This document shows positions 15,351 through 28,942 of a DNA stretch of 64,000 bases, piece by piece. Below the pieces are notes generated by a model, which saw only the letters and a list, made by a program, of their open reading frames with translations, had not been told where the DNA came from and made no database searches. This stretch comes from Eledone cirrhosa (Eukaryota), in NCBI GenBank assembly GCA_964016885.1, contig OZ024741.1:113708001-113772000 (forward strand), read 5' to 3'. The translations under genes and the position numbers were made by a program. Position 1 is the stretch's first letter, and each line of letters starts with the position of its first letter.

Positions 15351-15687
15351 CTGTTTGGATGGTTAGCATATAATGGTGTTGACATAATGTATATTAAACT
15401 ATATTTAATGCTGGTCTATATTTTTGAATAAACACATTTTCCTTGTTATATATATATATACATATATATATAAGTAGAAGTTGTATTTAATTTGTTGGAA
15501 GTCCGACAAACATAAATCTCTATAACTGATTTAGAGCACTCAACAAGTTACTGGAGTAAATATTCAATGATATTAAATAAATGGAAACTATATTTATAAA
15601 ACCATATTTATTTTATTATACATATTTCAAGGGCAACCAAGACAACATTGGTACACTTTCATTTATCGCTCGTATACAGGAAACTAA

Positions 15688-15792
15688 CTGGCCAGTCTGC
15701 TGATATGTAAATCTGGATGATCAGTGGATCTGCTAATATGCAGATCTGACTGATCAGCCAGTCTGCTAATATGCAAATCAGGCCGATCAGTC
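15688..15792. repeat. Three 33-bp tandem repeats with octamer-like words
   Basis: tctgctgatatgtaaatc / tctgctaatatgcagatc / tctgctaatatgcaaatc at 33-bp spacing. Confidence 0.75.
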
Positions 15793-15858
15793 ACTGTGTA
15801 TTTTTGAAAATAGCATATATTTTCACCAGCTCTGACAGTTTGGCAGGTGACCAGTGAG

Positions 15859-15901
15859 CTGTGCTGATGAAGAGTGATCCCAGAAACATTAGTGTCTGCA
15901 G
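15859..15901 (+). ncRNA. Type I hammerhead-like motif (second family; homolog on minus strand at ~841-880)
   Basis: CTGTG CTGATGA A-GAG-TGAT-CCC-A GAA ACA-TTAG-TGT C TGCAG, GUC site; the homolog has an intact GGG/CCC stem II. Confidence 0.6.
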
Positions 15902-16417
15902 TTCTGTTCACATGCCAACACAAGAGCAAGAATGAAGTGTTCATTCTCCTGACATGGCTATAAAATAGAGGCTTGTTCGCAAAATTGCAAACGAATTGAA
16001 TGTTATTATTAATATTCGAAAAACTCAGATTACATTTATTGTATTCAGCCATGTAGAGCGAAATTTTCTTTTTATATGAATATATAAATATATATTTATA
16101 TATATCAATCATATATGTATATATATATCAATCATATATGTATATATATATATATATCATATATATATATCATATATATATATATAACATGAATATCATA
16201 TATATCATATATATATATATATCATCCTCATCATCATTGTTTAACGTCTATCTTCCACACTAGCATGAGTTAGATGGGAATTGTCCCACTTGAGGCAAGA
16301 TTGGTCGGGTGACCGTGTCTCGCTTGTATAGGACTATTTGGGAGGTTATCTACAGCTGGATGCCCTTCCTAACACCAACCACATTTACAGTATATATATA
16401 TATATATATGTATATAG

Positions 16418-16582
16418 TCATGTCGCTCTCGAGTGCTACTGGTCACATGTAACCCAGTACAACCTGTCAGGTTGTCAGCAACTAAACTGGCAACTCCACC
16501 AAGCTTGCTTGATGAGGAGCGTGATATTTGGACACCCAGCTAAGAGCAGAGGAACTCAGCAGAGTCAATGGCCATCCAAATA

Positions 16583-16583
<1 letters not shown>
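16418..16583. repeat. Unclassified dispersed ~165-bp repeat; second copy 26588-26756
   Basis: Shared gtgctactggt.acat.taac.cagtacaacctgt and caccaag..tgcttg.tgagga..ggacaccc..ggaactcag..gccatcc. Confidence 0.75.
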
Positions 16584-16620
<37 letters not shown>

Positions 16621-16984
16621 TATCAAATGATTCTATGGACATAATTTATAGTATTATATATATATATATTTTTTTTTTTGTGTCAATAAAAATACTAAGT
16701 TATACGGAGAGGTTAAACTCCGCTCCATAAGAAGATGAGGGCTATCGTTGTATTTTCCCTGGCAAACATGTGCACCGAAGATATGTGTCATCAGTTCCAA
16801 AAAGCATGGCTGGTACTACACAGGCTTTCACTACTTAAAGCAAAACTTTCTTTGTGTGGGTAGTTCTCACATTTCCGCCAGTCTTTTGCAGGTGGTGTCT
16901 GTAGGTGATGGGGTGACAATGACGGAGACAGGTAGAGGATACTACTGGAAGTCTCGACGTGAGAGTCCATCATCATCATGTCCA

Positions 16985-17213
16985 ATTTACAGTGTGGGCT
17001 GGGTGCTTTTTTGCCGTGGCACCTCCATGACCACTTTACAGTGGAATGATAGGGACCTCAGTCCCTATCATCTCATTTCTATAGCTGAGTAAACTGGAGC
17101 AATGTGAAATAAAGTGTCTTGCTCAAGGAAACAACACATCACCCAGTCTGAGAATTGACTCAAAACCTTTCGATTGCAAGTCCAATGCTCTAACCACTAA
17201 GCCATGTACCTCC
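16985..17213 (-). mobile_element. SINE family A
   Basis: Reverse-complement match to the 3061 copy. Confidence 0.85.
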
Positions 17214-17229
17214 ATCATATATATATATA

Positions 17230-18579
17230 CTAGCTGTCCCGTCCGGCTGGCGCCCGGTTAGGTATACCGGCATTTTATCTTTTCATGAATCACCCCTACA
17301 CTCTAATGCAAAGATACTGCATGCCCTCTCAAGTCAGAGGAGGGGCGGGTTAACGTGCTCTGATGTTGGGTTTGAATAGTTTTTAGGATTCCCCAGTTCA
17401 GCAGCCAGTATGTTAAAGAAAATTGGTAGTTACAACAATAAAGGCTGAGCAGAGAACACATTTTTTAACAAACACTAATTTGTACAACCAAAATGGAAAT
17501 TCCAAGTAACAGAAAATATTTAAATTACCTTGTTAGAGCCTCCGAGTATACAATATTTTTTGTTCGGCCCTCTGGAGCAAAGATGAAGAGATTGTTAGGC
17601 GAGCTCACCCTAGAGCATCCTACATACAGTTGACCATGGGAGAATCACTGATCTCGTAGCTCGTCTCACAGAGAAGCTCTGTAGACGTTGACCTCTGGAC
17701 ACTCCTGTCAGGAGCAGGTAAGCTGTAGTGACTTAGAGGCCTACCACCAATCTCCAGGACACTGTTTTCAAGACAAATGAGTGCCTCATTGAAAACGACA
17801 TCGTATGTTACGTTCGGATTGTGTCTGCATGTGCGGTGGAGGATGTCCTCAGCTAGACGTTCACGGTGGTTGTTCCACAGTGCGAGAGGGTCAGCGATAT
17901 CGCAGTTGTGCAGCATAATAGCAAAACGTTTTTGCAACTGAGAAGGGACTTTAGCAGTTGCTGCTTCTTGGGTGAGGTGCCAATGGCTGTCATTGTGTAA
18001 CATACCACGCATCTGGCAAGCCAAACAGTAAATGGAACATTGATGGCCATTGATAGTTCTCAGATGTTGGAAAGACTGAGCAGTAACAATGACGATAAGC
18101 CGTCTGTGCTTTCGTGAAATAAATAGGATTTTGTTTTTGTGTATGCAAAAATATCTGTACACGAATATATATATTAAAATAACAGATTAAAGTTTAAGCA
18201 AAGAATCGCTGCTTTCACCCTTAACGGGATCTTCTGAAACTTAAAAAATCAGTCTGTGCACGCAGAAGTAAATATTTCGAAAAACGTTATCTAATGCAGA
18301 CAGCAGACATACAGACTAAGAAAAAGAGGGGAATGTTCTGCGACGTCATAAGAAAAAGTGAGGAATGACGTATAACCGGAAGTATTGACATTTAAAATTT
18401 TAAAGAAGTGAATATTTAAATAATGTCTTTAATCTTTTAACAAAATTCAGTAGACAAAAATACCCTCACTTTTTTACTTGGAAAAAGTTACATCTATGGT
18501 GCAAATTTGGTGCTGTTTGGTCCAGCCTTTTGGCAGAAAGTTTGTTACCTACATACAGCCGTCAGCTTTATAGTATAGA
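17230..18579 (-). mobile_element. Non-autonomous Helitron (internal deletion derivative, ~1350 bp)
   Basis: 5' TC (TCTATACTATAAAG), 3' GC-rich hairpin then CTAG, inserted between A and T. RepHel remnants SFQHLRTING..LACQMRGML..DPLALW..EDIL and FSHGQLYVGCSRV..TKNIVYSEAL*. Confidence 0.93.
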
Positions 18580-19129
18580 TACATCATATGTATATATATT
18601 CCTAAATACTTTCAGCCTGTCCCCGGTTCATTCATAGATATTATTTCTCCTCTCTTGCAGGTATCTGCCTTCCTTCCTCCTCAATTTCAAAATGTCCTGT
18701 TCACATCGTTTATTTTTATTGTTGTTATTCCTAAATCTCCTATGATGATATAGGTGTGCTGGCTGCCTATCTCACAATTTCCCTGCCTCACCACCATAGG
18801 CTATTCGACCAATCAAACCTCAACCCATTATCAGCCCCAACAAACACTGCCACTACTATTACTACTACTACTACTGCACTCCTAGCCCTTACCAGCCCCA
18901 ACAAACTCTGCCATTACTACTACTGTCCTTCCAGCCCTACACTAAATAATAATCATTCTTTTACTGATATCTATGGATGAGCTGAGGATAAATGGAACAA
19001 CCCCGAATTAATAAATGAATATGAATCTGTGAGCTACCAAACACCCATGCAAAGTTTTAATCCAGAGACAGGAAGCATACACACCCACCCGCAAAAATTC
19101 ACCCCATCCTACAAGTGATGGCAAGTGTC

Positions 19130-22100
19130 CAAAACTCTGAGTTGTAACCATCAATGTAAGCACAATGAAAGGAAGAGCAGGATAAATTGTAGGGATGCTA
19201 GAGCAAAAGGAAATTGATGTATGCTGTGTGCAAGAGACTAGATGGAGGAGAGTCTGCTAGAGTCCTCGTAGGCAAAAGTCAGTGCTACAAATTTTTCTGG
19301 GTGGGAAATGACAATGAGATGGGAGGTGTAGGTATACTATTAGCTGACAAATGGGTTGATAAGGTAATCTCAGTGAACAGGGTGAATGCAAGAATCATTA
19401 AACTCAGACTAGTCCTGAATAAAACAATTTCTACAATAGTATCAGTTTACGCACCCGAATCGGGGTTGCTAGACGAAATTAAAGATAGGTTTTACGAGTC
19501 CCTAATGCACATTACTGCCCTAACAAACGACGATGACATCCTAATCATTGCAGGAGATTGGTTACATCTATGTTGCAAATTTAGTGCTGTTTGGTCCAGC
19601 CGTTTGGTAAACACTGTGACGGCATCTATAGAGTCCATGGAGGCCACGGGTTTGGCACAAGAAATGAATAAAGCTTCAAGCTTCTGGAATTCTGTGACAC
19701 CAATGACATGTCGATATGTAACACAAACTTCAAAACACTCGACAGCCATCTGATCACCTATAGATCAGGGGAGCATTCTAGTCAGAAAGATTTTATCCTC
19801 ATCAGAGGGCGTGATAGATGGATGGTTGTAAACACAAAAGCCTTCCCTGGTGAGGAATGTGCCTCCCAACATAAGGACCAGAAACAGGAGGTGTTCAAGA
19901 TTGTGAGGGAGTGTCTCAGAGAGAAGTGTGATGTCATTGGAGAGAAGTGTATCCGGAATGATAAAGGTGAGCTTGCCCTCACAAGTGCCGAGAAGAATGC
20001 TGCGTGGAAGAGCCATTATGAAAGATTACTAAACGAGGAGAATGCATGGGAAAGAGAGTCCCTACCCCAAGCGGACCCTATATAGGGTCCAGCAGTACAA
20101 GTCAGCAGCAGCGTAGTAAGTAAGGCAATCAAAGATATGAAGACAGGGAAAGGCAGCCGGTCCATCGGGTATAGCTGCCAAGATGCTGAAGGCATCTGGA
20201 TCGGTAGGTCACACCATAACCACACGTATTGTTAACCAGGTAATACTAGAAGGTGTCATACCAAAAGATTGGTGCAGTAGCATCATTTTCAACTGCTACA
20301 AAGGTAAAGGTGATGCACTAGATAGAGGAAACTATAGAGGTATAAAGCTGATGGACCAGGTCATGAAAATAATGGAAAGAGTTATAGCACAGTTGATTAG
20401 GGACCGGGTGAAACTAGATGAGATGCAATTTGGGTCTGTGCCAGGAAAAGGCACCACTGATGCCCTCTTCCTTGTGAGGCAGTTACAGGAAAAGTACCTA
20501 GCTAAAAGTAAGCCACTCTACCTGGAATTTGTCGATCTGGAAAAAGCCTTCGACAGTGTCCCCCATGCTATAATCTGGTGGTCTCTTAGAAAATTAGGAG
20601 TAGATGAATGGCTTGTGAAAGCTGTACAAGCCATGTATAGAGGAGCAGTCAGCAAAGTTAGGGTTAGCAATGGCTATAGCAAGGAATTTAGCATACAGGT
20701 CGGTGTCCACCAGGGTCTGTTCTTAGCCCTCTCCTGTTCATTATAGTTTTGCAGGCAATAACGGAGGAATTTTTGACCGCATGCCAATGGGAACTCCTCT
20801 ATATGGATGATCTCGCACTTATAGCTGAATCTATGGTGGAACTAGAAAAGAAATTCCAAACATGGAAGCAGGGACTAGAAAGAAAGGGTCTCAAAGTCGA
20901 CTTGACAAAGACTAAGGTTCTTGTAAGTAGACGAGAAAACAGAACCCAGATCTCCTCAGGGAAATGGCCTTGCTCAGTATGTAGGAAAGGTGTAGGTAGG
21001 AACTCCATTCTCTGCCCCAAATGCAAACAATGGGTACAGAAGTGATGTAGTGGGATCTCAACAAAGTATGGGTGCATAAAAAATGTAGTGGGATCACAGG
21101 TAAGCTATCTAAGAACGTAGATTTTATATGTGGTCGGTGCAATAAGTAGCAAGTGCCCACAGGATACTAGCTCCTTCTATTACCCAGATGGCTCTATAGA
21201 AATAGTAGACACCTTCCGTTACCTGGGTGACAAAATCAGCAGTGGTGGAGAGTACTCAGAAAATACAGTAGCCAGAATCAGAACGGGATGGAAAAAGTTC
21301 AGAGAGCTTATACCACTACAGGTTTCTCTCTAAAAATGAAAGGCAGACTGTATGATGCCTGCATACAAACAGCTATGTTGCATGGCAGTGAGACATGGGC
21401 ATTGTGTGCAGAGGATCTGTGCAGACTGGAGAGGAATGAAGCTTGCATGCTCCGCTGGATGTGTAAAAGTAATATACGTGAACAGCAAAGCATAAATGAA
21501 CTAAGGGAGAAATTAGGTATAAGAGGGATCAGATGCTGTTTACTCAAGAGAATACTATGGTCAGAATTGGTATGGTCACGTGATGCGCATGAAAGATGAC
21601 AGCTGTATAAAAAAGTGCAGGGCGATCAAAATTGACGGAAGTTACGGAGTAGGCAGACCCAGAAAAATCTGGGACGATTTAATAAATTCTGACCTTACAC
21701 ACTTACACCTCTCTAAGACAATGTCACTGGACCGGGATCTTTGGCGCTACGCAGTAATACAGAAAACCCGCCTTGCCTAAATACAAAGCGAAACCTACAG
21801 TCAGTAGGCACCTCTTAATCAAATATACGCCCCCATCCCACTACCCCTACCCCCACTCCCATCTACACCATCCCTTTCTCTGTAAAGTTATGTTGGTACC
21901 CAAACATCCAGTCCGAAATAAATGAGGTCGTGTAGGTGTCACAACAAAAGAACACACAGTCCACGCTGTAATGTGGCCGTGTAGGTAACACGGTAAAAAC
22001 CTCCCAGTCCACACTGTAAACGTGGTTGGTGTTAGGAGGGGCATCCAGCCATAGAAAACCTGCCAGGCAGTCCCATACGAGTGAGACGACCAATCTTGCC

Positions 22101-22173
22101 TCAAGTGGGACAATTCCCGTCTAAACCCATGCTAGCGTGGAAGATAGACTTTAAACGATGATGATGATGATGA
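19130..22173 (+). mobile_element. Near full-length decayed RTE-clade LINE (APE endonuclease, RT, 3'UTR, (GAT)n tail)
   Basis: Frameshifted ORFs: GVGILL, IVSVYAP, IIAGD (APE); NYRGIKL, FVDLEKAFDSVP, VGVHQG, LLYMDDL (RT); HGSETW, GRPRKIW (RTE C-terminus). Internal deletion near 19875. Confidence 0.93.
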
Positions 22174-23957
22174 TATATATCATATGTATATATATATATA
22201 TATATATACACACAAACACATATATATTTGCCTCAACAAGCATTGGTCAACTATAGTAAAATACATTTTCAGTGGAGCTGAACCTGAAATCACATAGCCA
22301 CGTCAGTGCCTAGTCAAGATTAAATTAGTTTCCTTTCACCAAACGAGCATACACCTTGATAGTGTAGATATAACTCAAGCATCATAAACATTTACTATTA
22401 ATTTTAACTGTAAGCCAACAATGATGGGGATGACAACAGCAGTGGTAAAGATGATGGTGCTGGTGATAGTGGCAGTAAAGAAGGTGATGATGATGATGAT
22501 GATTAGGATGATAATGGTGATGATTATGATGTGGATAATTATTTTGTTGTTGTTGGATGTGAGGAGGATGATGATGATGAGGAGGAGGAGGAAGGGGATG
22601 AGGATTGTAGCAGCTGAGTTTCTGCTGTTTTTATCATCGATATTGGATGTTTTGTTGAAGAATTGATAATTGTGAAGATTATAATAAACCTCCACAATGT
22701 ACAGTTGACAACTAATATAAGACCCATTATCAATCTCTAAACAATTTTATCAAAATTTCATACCATTTTGTATCATTTCTAATTTTACATTTTAATGTAG
22801 CTGCTTTCTATCACATGTATAACAATAAGCTAAAGATTATATACAAACCTGTATAAGCCATCTGAGTATTATCAGTAGCACGCTGTAAAGAATTGTGAAT
22901 TTTGTAATCATATCTAAGAAAGTTACTCAAAACAAATGTGTAGAACAGGGGTTTGGGAGCCTGTAACCCTTTAGCTTATCTCAAGTGACTCATATGGTTG
23001 TTTTCCCAGCTAAGCCAAGCACCCAGATGGGATTAATTTATACTCATAATGGAATCCTTTTTAAGGCAATTTTTTACAGTTAGATGCCATTTCTAGTACC
23101 AACTCTTTTAGTTATCTCTTACAGCACACTGAGATATGGTGAACTTATTCTAAATCAAATAAACACAGTATGGATAAACACATGTGATCAATGAAAAAAA
23201 AACGTTTACAGAGTATGCTGTATTTGGTGATGGCCAGTATTACCAATAAAAAGAAACATGTGCACCATATGATTTTCACTTTACACAGTAGTTATATGAA
23301 TATCTGTTACACAGAGATATTACATGGGGCTTGTATCTGCTGTGACTGACAATTTTTTATAACAGGAAGGAAAAGGCAGTGTCAATGAACCATTTTGAGA
23401 ACTTGTGAAGGATGTGGGAGTCAGAAGCCATTCTTCAATCAGAGACCAGGCCTGAATGCTTACAGTGGAGTGTCCTTTACTAAAGGCATCCAAGAGCTAT
23501 ATAGTGAAGTTAAACCAAGTGAGTGATTAATCCAACCACTCAATGCCACAGCAGAATTTGAACTCAGATGTACAAAGTCAGAATAGATACCACAGTTATA
23601 CGGTCCAGATTTTTCCTGCAAAAATTAATCTATTAATCCACATCAAACTTGTTAGTATAGGTGGGCTTCTAATGTGTATCATGAGTTTCTTGTTGTTATG
23701 TAGCAGAGAGTATAAGACTTACATCATCCCAGCTGCTACTGGTACTGATGCATTTGAGCTTTGTGAACAGGAGCAAAATGTAATGAAGTGTCTTGCTCAA
23801 AGGCATAATGTACCACTTGGACAAGAAATTGAAATCACAACTTTACAATCATTAGCTGAACACTGTAATTACTAGGCAACATGCCTTCAGTGTTCTTCTG
23901 AAAAAAAAAGCAAAACAAATAAAGCATTAACCACATTTAGCACATTCCTTATTTTCT

Positions 23958-24417
23958 TTAACCCTTTCTTTGCAATATTCCTAATGAAAGACACTGCTAA
24001 TTATTTTCAAATAATTTTGAAAATAATCAAAAATTGGAAATGATTTCATAATATAACTTTCTCATTATCAAACTGATATTTGGATTATAATGTAAAGGTT
24101 CTTACATAAAAATATAATTGTTTCTACTTTTGGCACAAGGCCAGCAATTACTGGTACTTTATTTTATCGACCCCGTAAGGATGAAAGGCAAAGTTAACCT
24201 CGGCGGGATTTGAACTCATAATGGAAAAGGCTGTAACTCTTTTTGCGTCAAAGCATGGCGTCCGACCCTCTACCGATACTGCCAATCCACTGTTCTTACA
24301 TAAAAATATAATGGAAGGTTGTTTTAGATAAATATAAACATTTTCTAATTGACAGCATAGTTTTGTAGAACCTGAACCAGGAGGAGTTTCAGTTAGTTTG
24401 GTATCAAAAGGGTTAAG
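23958..24417. mobile_element. TTAA-flanked MITE-like repeat (piggyBac-like ends) interrupted by a SINE; related copies near 5680-5945, 6380-6700, 34620-34930, 47215-47375, 57907-58015, 59915-60127
   Basis: Ends TTAACCCTTT..AAAGGGTTAA; recurring internal words ctaatgaaa.acact and aactttctcattat. Confidence 0.55.
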
Positions 24418-25329
24418 TTAAATAGGTGATTGAGTTGCATTTAGTGAATGGCAATAATTATATGGTTGTAAATAATAGAAGCAAGAATTTCTATCTAAAG
24501 TGCTAAATAGCAATTTTACTGGTGCATTTTATGTTGCAAATAACTTTATGCACACCTCACATACACTTGCACACACACAAACACACACAAGCACACACAT
24601 CCACATTTGAACACACGCACACACACACACATCCACACATAAACACAAGCAATCATACACATCCACATATGAACACACGCTGTCACACACATCCAAATAA
24701 GAACACATACAGTCACTCTTGAACAAACACATCCACAATTGAACATACACAACTAAACTTATATTCACACTTTGATTCAATATAACATAATAATACATAT
24801 TATTTTAAGACAGAAGAGATCAATTAAATCCTCTATCTAAAACTTGCTCTAATCTCCCATTAACAAACACTACCACAGACACAACCTCCACAGACATCAC
24901 CAACACCAACTTCACTACCACCACCACCAACAACACAACAGATACCAGCACTAATACCACAGGCACCAACACCACCACTACCACCAACACCACCACCGCA
25001 GACACTAACATCACCCCCACCACCACTAACACCAGCACTGTTAGATCCAATCAGTGATTTTCTTTAAATTTAAAAAAATTCTAATAAACAATAGGATCAA
25101 TAATAATGGTTTCTTACATAGGCACAAGGCTAGCAATTTTGGTACTTTATTACTGGTACTTTATTTTATCGACCCCGTAAGGATGAAAGACAAAGTTAAT
25201 CTTGGCGCGATTTGAACTCAGACCGTAAAGGGGCGTAACTCTATGCTGTAAAGCATGGCGTCCGACCCTCTACCAATACTGCCAATCCACTGCCCTTATA
25301 ATAATAATGATAATAATAATAATAATTTC

Positions 25330-26545
25330 TTTATTGGTCTCTGGAGACAAAAATAATAAAGACAATGCAATTAACAAGAACAGTGGGGATTTATACAAAA
25401 CAAGTAAGTAAAAAAAAGTAACTCAATCCCCCAGTAGGGAATAGCACCATACAGGGGTAATCAAGGAAACCCAGAGATCCAAGAATACCCCCAATCACCA
25501 AGAACACCATAGGAAAGTGACCCTCTCACATTTCTTTCTTTCCAGCCTTTAGGTGCATGCTTATAGCAGGCCTATTCACTTAGGCCATTCTACCTACACT
25601 TCTTTCTCCACCTTTACCTACCTTTCCAAGTGGAACTTGAGATATTGAATGAGGGCTTGGCTGAAGAGGAATGTATCTGTCTTTAATCCTTTCAGTCTTG
25701 TCCAGCACACAATTTCTTTGCCATAACCATCAATCAGAATAAACTGCCAGTCCTTCTCAGTGGTGGAGTAATCCTCATGATGGAGTTACCAGATAGCTGG
25801 ATCTTTTCTACATGCAACATCAGAAGTTCAACAAATTTCCAAAAGCTAGCAATGCACAGACACTGGACGATTGCATACAGAATAGTTTAATTGCTCTGCT
25901 TGCATGTTGGACAGACCCATCTGACAGCAGCTCCATTTCTGTAAAGTTTGTCTTGAACTGGCAGTTATCCATGATAGCACTTCCAGAGCAGGGATTTCTA
26001 GAAATTGTCCATAGTACCTAGGCCAAAAGTCCTCTGGAACAGACTAGATAGTTCTTCTGGTTAACAGATAGAGTTACACTAAGAATGTTGTCACTTTTGC
26101 CAACAATTAGTTCTCTATAGAATGCTAATGGGAAATTTCCACCTCCTGCATTGCCCAACTAGTACAAAGCTGTGAGCACATGATACCATTCCAGATACCA
26201 GGTGCTCAATCTCAGTCATTGCATGACCCATGACTGCAATTCAATCAAGGAGACAAATTGGGGAAAGGTACTTCTGATAAAGAGTGACCACACATGTTCA
26301 CCATCAAGGAGATGCTGGAGATGTCACAGCCTTAGCACATGTCTGCACATTATCAGTCATGACATGATCAGTCTTCTATGTAGTGAGTGTTGACAGCAAA
26401 TAAAGTAGCTTACCTGGCCATGGTAGTTCATGACTTTCAGCTGCTTATCACATTATCTAGTTGATAAAGTGTCATGAGAGCCTGGAAGCACTCTAGATAC
26501 CTGGCATCCAACCTTAGTCTGCACTTGAGCCAAAGCTGTACCCAG
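25330..26545 (-). mobile_element. Decayed L1/Tx1-clade LINE 3' portion
   Basis: Minus-strand remnants VCPTCKQSN*TILYAIVQC (CCHC-like knuckle) and QALIQYLKFHLER.VKVEKE; A-rich/(TAT)n end near 25300-25330. Confidence 0.55.
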
Positions 26546-28152
26546 TGTATGTATATGTGTGCGTGTGTGTATGTATGTATGCAATTATGTCAGGTTGCTC
26601 TTCAGTGCTACTGGTAACATTTAACTCAGTACAACCTGTGCATGGTCGAATCATTGGCGACTAAACCGGCAACCTCACCAAGTATGCTTGGTGAGGAGGG
26701 TGATTTAGGACACCCTGCAGGTGGGGAACTCAGGAGTCAAGAGCCATCCTATATAGTTTTTATTTTTTTTTTATTTTTGTTGAGCAAGAGACTCCTAGTC
26801 TTCATTAAGATATCTCTCTAGGAGAAGATCACTCTGATATAAAACCTGCGACTTTGTTTGCATCCAATGATGTTGACCAGTTCCTTTTGGGCAAATGCAT
26901 TCAATGTTCAGAGAGTAGGATTGGCCCCGTGCAAAGCCTTTCCTCACTTAAAAATGATTCAAGCACAGGTGTCACTTCATATGTGACATTTTTTGTGATA
27001 CATGGTAGTGCTGGCCATAGGCAAGTCCGTAGCAGGACTAAAAATGATGTGATGCTCCTGCTTAAGTATCTAGCGATGGCATTACTTGAAATCGAGTTTG
27101 CAGCCATCATGTATGTTTGTATGTATTTATGTACATAAAAACTCAGATAAGAAATGGTTGAAATAATCTATTTTTGTTTTACATGATGGAAATACAGAAA
27201 AATAATTATGAAATTTCTGATAAGTCTGCAGAATTTTGCAGCATTTTATTCCCTTCAAGCAGTTCAAGTGTGCAGTATGTGTATGCTACCAATCTACAAA
27301 GATTAAATTGGGGAGAAGGAATTTTTAATAAATGAAATGCATCTATGTGACTAAAGGAAACTAGCAATGTTACTTAATAAGTCATTAGACTTCAAAAAGA
27401 TCTATTTTTGATTATGTGATCACATGTATTTTTGATTATGTACATATATATATATGTATATATATTAGAAAGTGAGGTTTCTTTTACAAAATGAAAAATA
27501 ACTGCGGTGTCCTACAAGAGTGAAAGTATAAAGAAAAAAAGATGAAATCGAAAATGCAACTGGAGTCTTATTTTAAAAAAATATATATATTTATTTGGTT
27601 TCTTTACCGGTTTCGCAGTTCTTCTGCTTTTCAAAAGTAGAGTTGAGATGGAAAGTCTGTGGTTTTTCACACATCAGATGTGAGAAAAACCACAGACTTT
27701 CCATCTCAACTCTACTTTTGAAAAGCAGAAGAACTGCGAAACCGGTAAAGAAACCAAATAAATATATATATTTTTTTTAAATAAGACTCCAGTTGCATTT
27801 TCAATTTCATCTTTTTTTCTTTATGTATATATATATATATACTACATATGTATGCAAGTATATATATATATTTATATATATACATATATTTATACATATG
27901 TATGTATGTACTACATATCTACGTATGTATATATACATATATATATATGTATATGTACATATGCATATATATATATGTGTGTGTGTGTGTTTGTATATGT
28001 ATTTTTGTATATGTATGTATATATATGTTTGTATATATATATGTATGTATATATATATATATCTAACCCATGCTAGCATGAAAGAACGGACGTAAAACGG
28101 TGATGATGATGATGATGAATGATGATATGTATGTATATATATATGTATGTAT

Positions 28153-28942
28153 CATCATCATCACTATTTTACGTCCGTTCTTCCACGCTAACATGGGTTA
28201 GACGGGTTGTCCTGTTGTGGGCAGTGTCTGGTCGGCTGACCATGCCTAGCTCATACAGGAACTGATTTGGCTTGATTTCTACAGCTGGATGCCCTTCCTA
28301 ACACCAACCTCATTTACAGTGAGTGCTGGGTGCTTTTTTTCCGTGGCGCCTACACGTCCACTTTACAGTGTGGGGGCTGGGTGCTTTTTTGCCGTAGCAC
28401 CTCCACGACCACTTTGCAGTGGGAGGGTGTGGAGGCATATTGTCTATATGCTTCAGCTTCGGCTTGTACCCATGGGCGGGGGGGGGGTTCTTCTGTATTA
28501 CTGCATGACGCCAGAGGTCACGGTAGTGTGTCATCGCCTTTGAGAGGTGTAATTGGGTAAGGTCGGCTTTTATCACCTCATCCCAGGTCTTCTTGGGTCT
28601 CCCCGCTCCACGGTTTCCATCAACTTCTAGTGCTCTGCACCTTTTTATGCACCTGTCATCCTTCATACGCATCACATGTCTATACCAATGCAACCGCCTC
28701 TCCTGCACACAGCATTTGATTCCTCTTATGCACAGTCTCTCTTTCTCAATTCATTTAAGCTTTGCCGTTGGCGTATATTACTATTATACATCCATCGGAG
28801 CATGCAGGCTTCGTTTCTTTCTCATCTACGTAAGTCTTCCGCAGTCAGCGGCCAGGTCTCACTACCATGTAACATTGCTGTTCATATACACACATTATAC
28901 AGTCTGCCTTTCATTTTGAGGGAAAAGCCTTTTGCAGCTAGG
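28153..28942 (-). mobile_element. 5'-truncated RTE LINE, second subfamily (distinct 3'UTR)
   Basis: QERRLHWYRHVMR..GRPKKTWDEVI; 3'UTR matches fragments at 4259-4530, 8535-8930, 13600-13970, 54030-54370. Confidence 0.9.
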
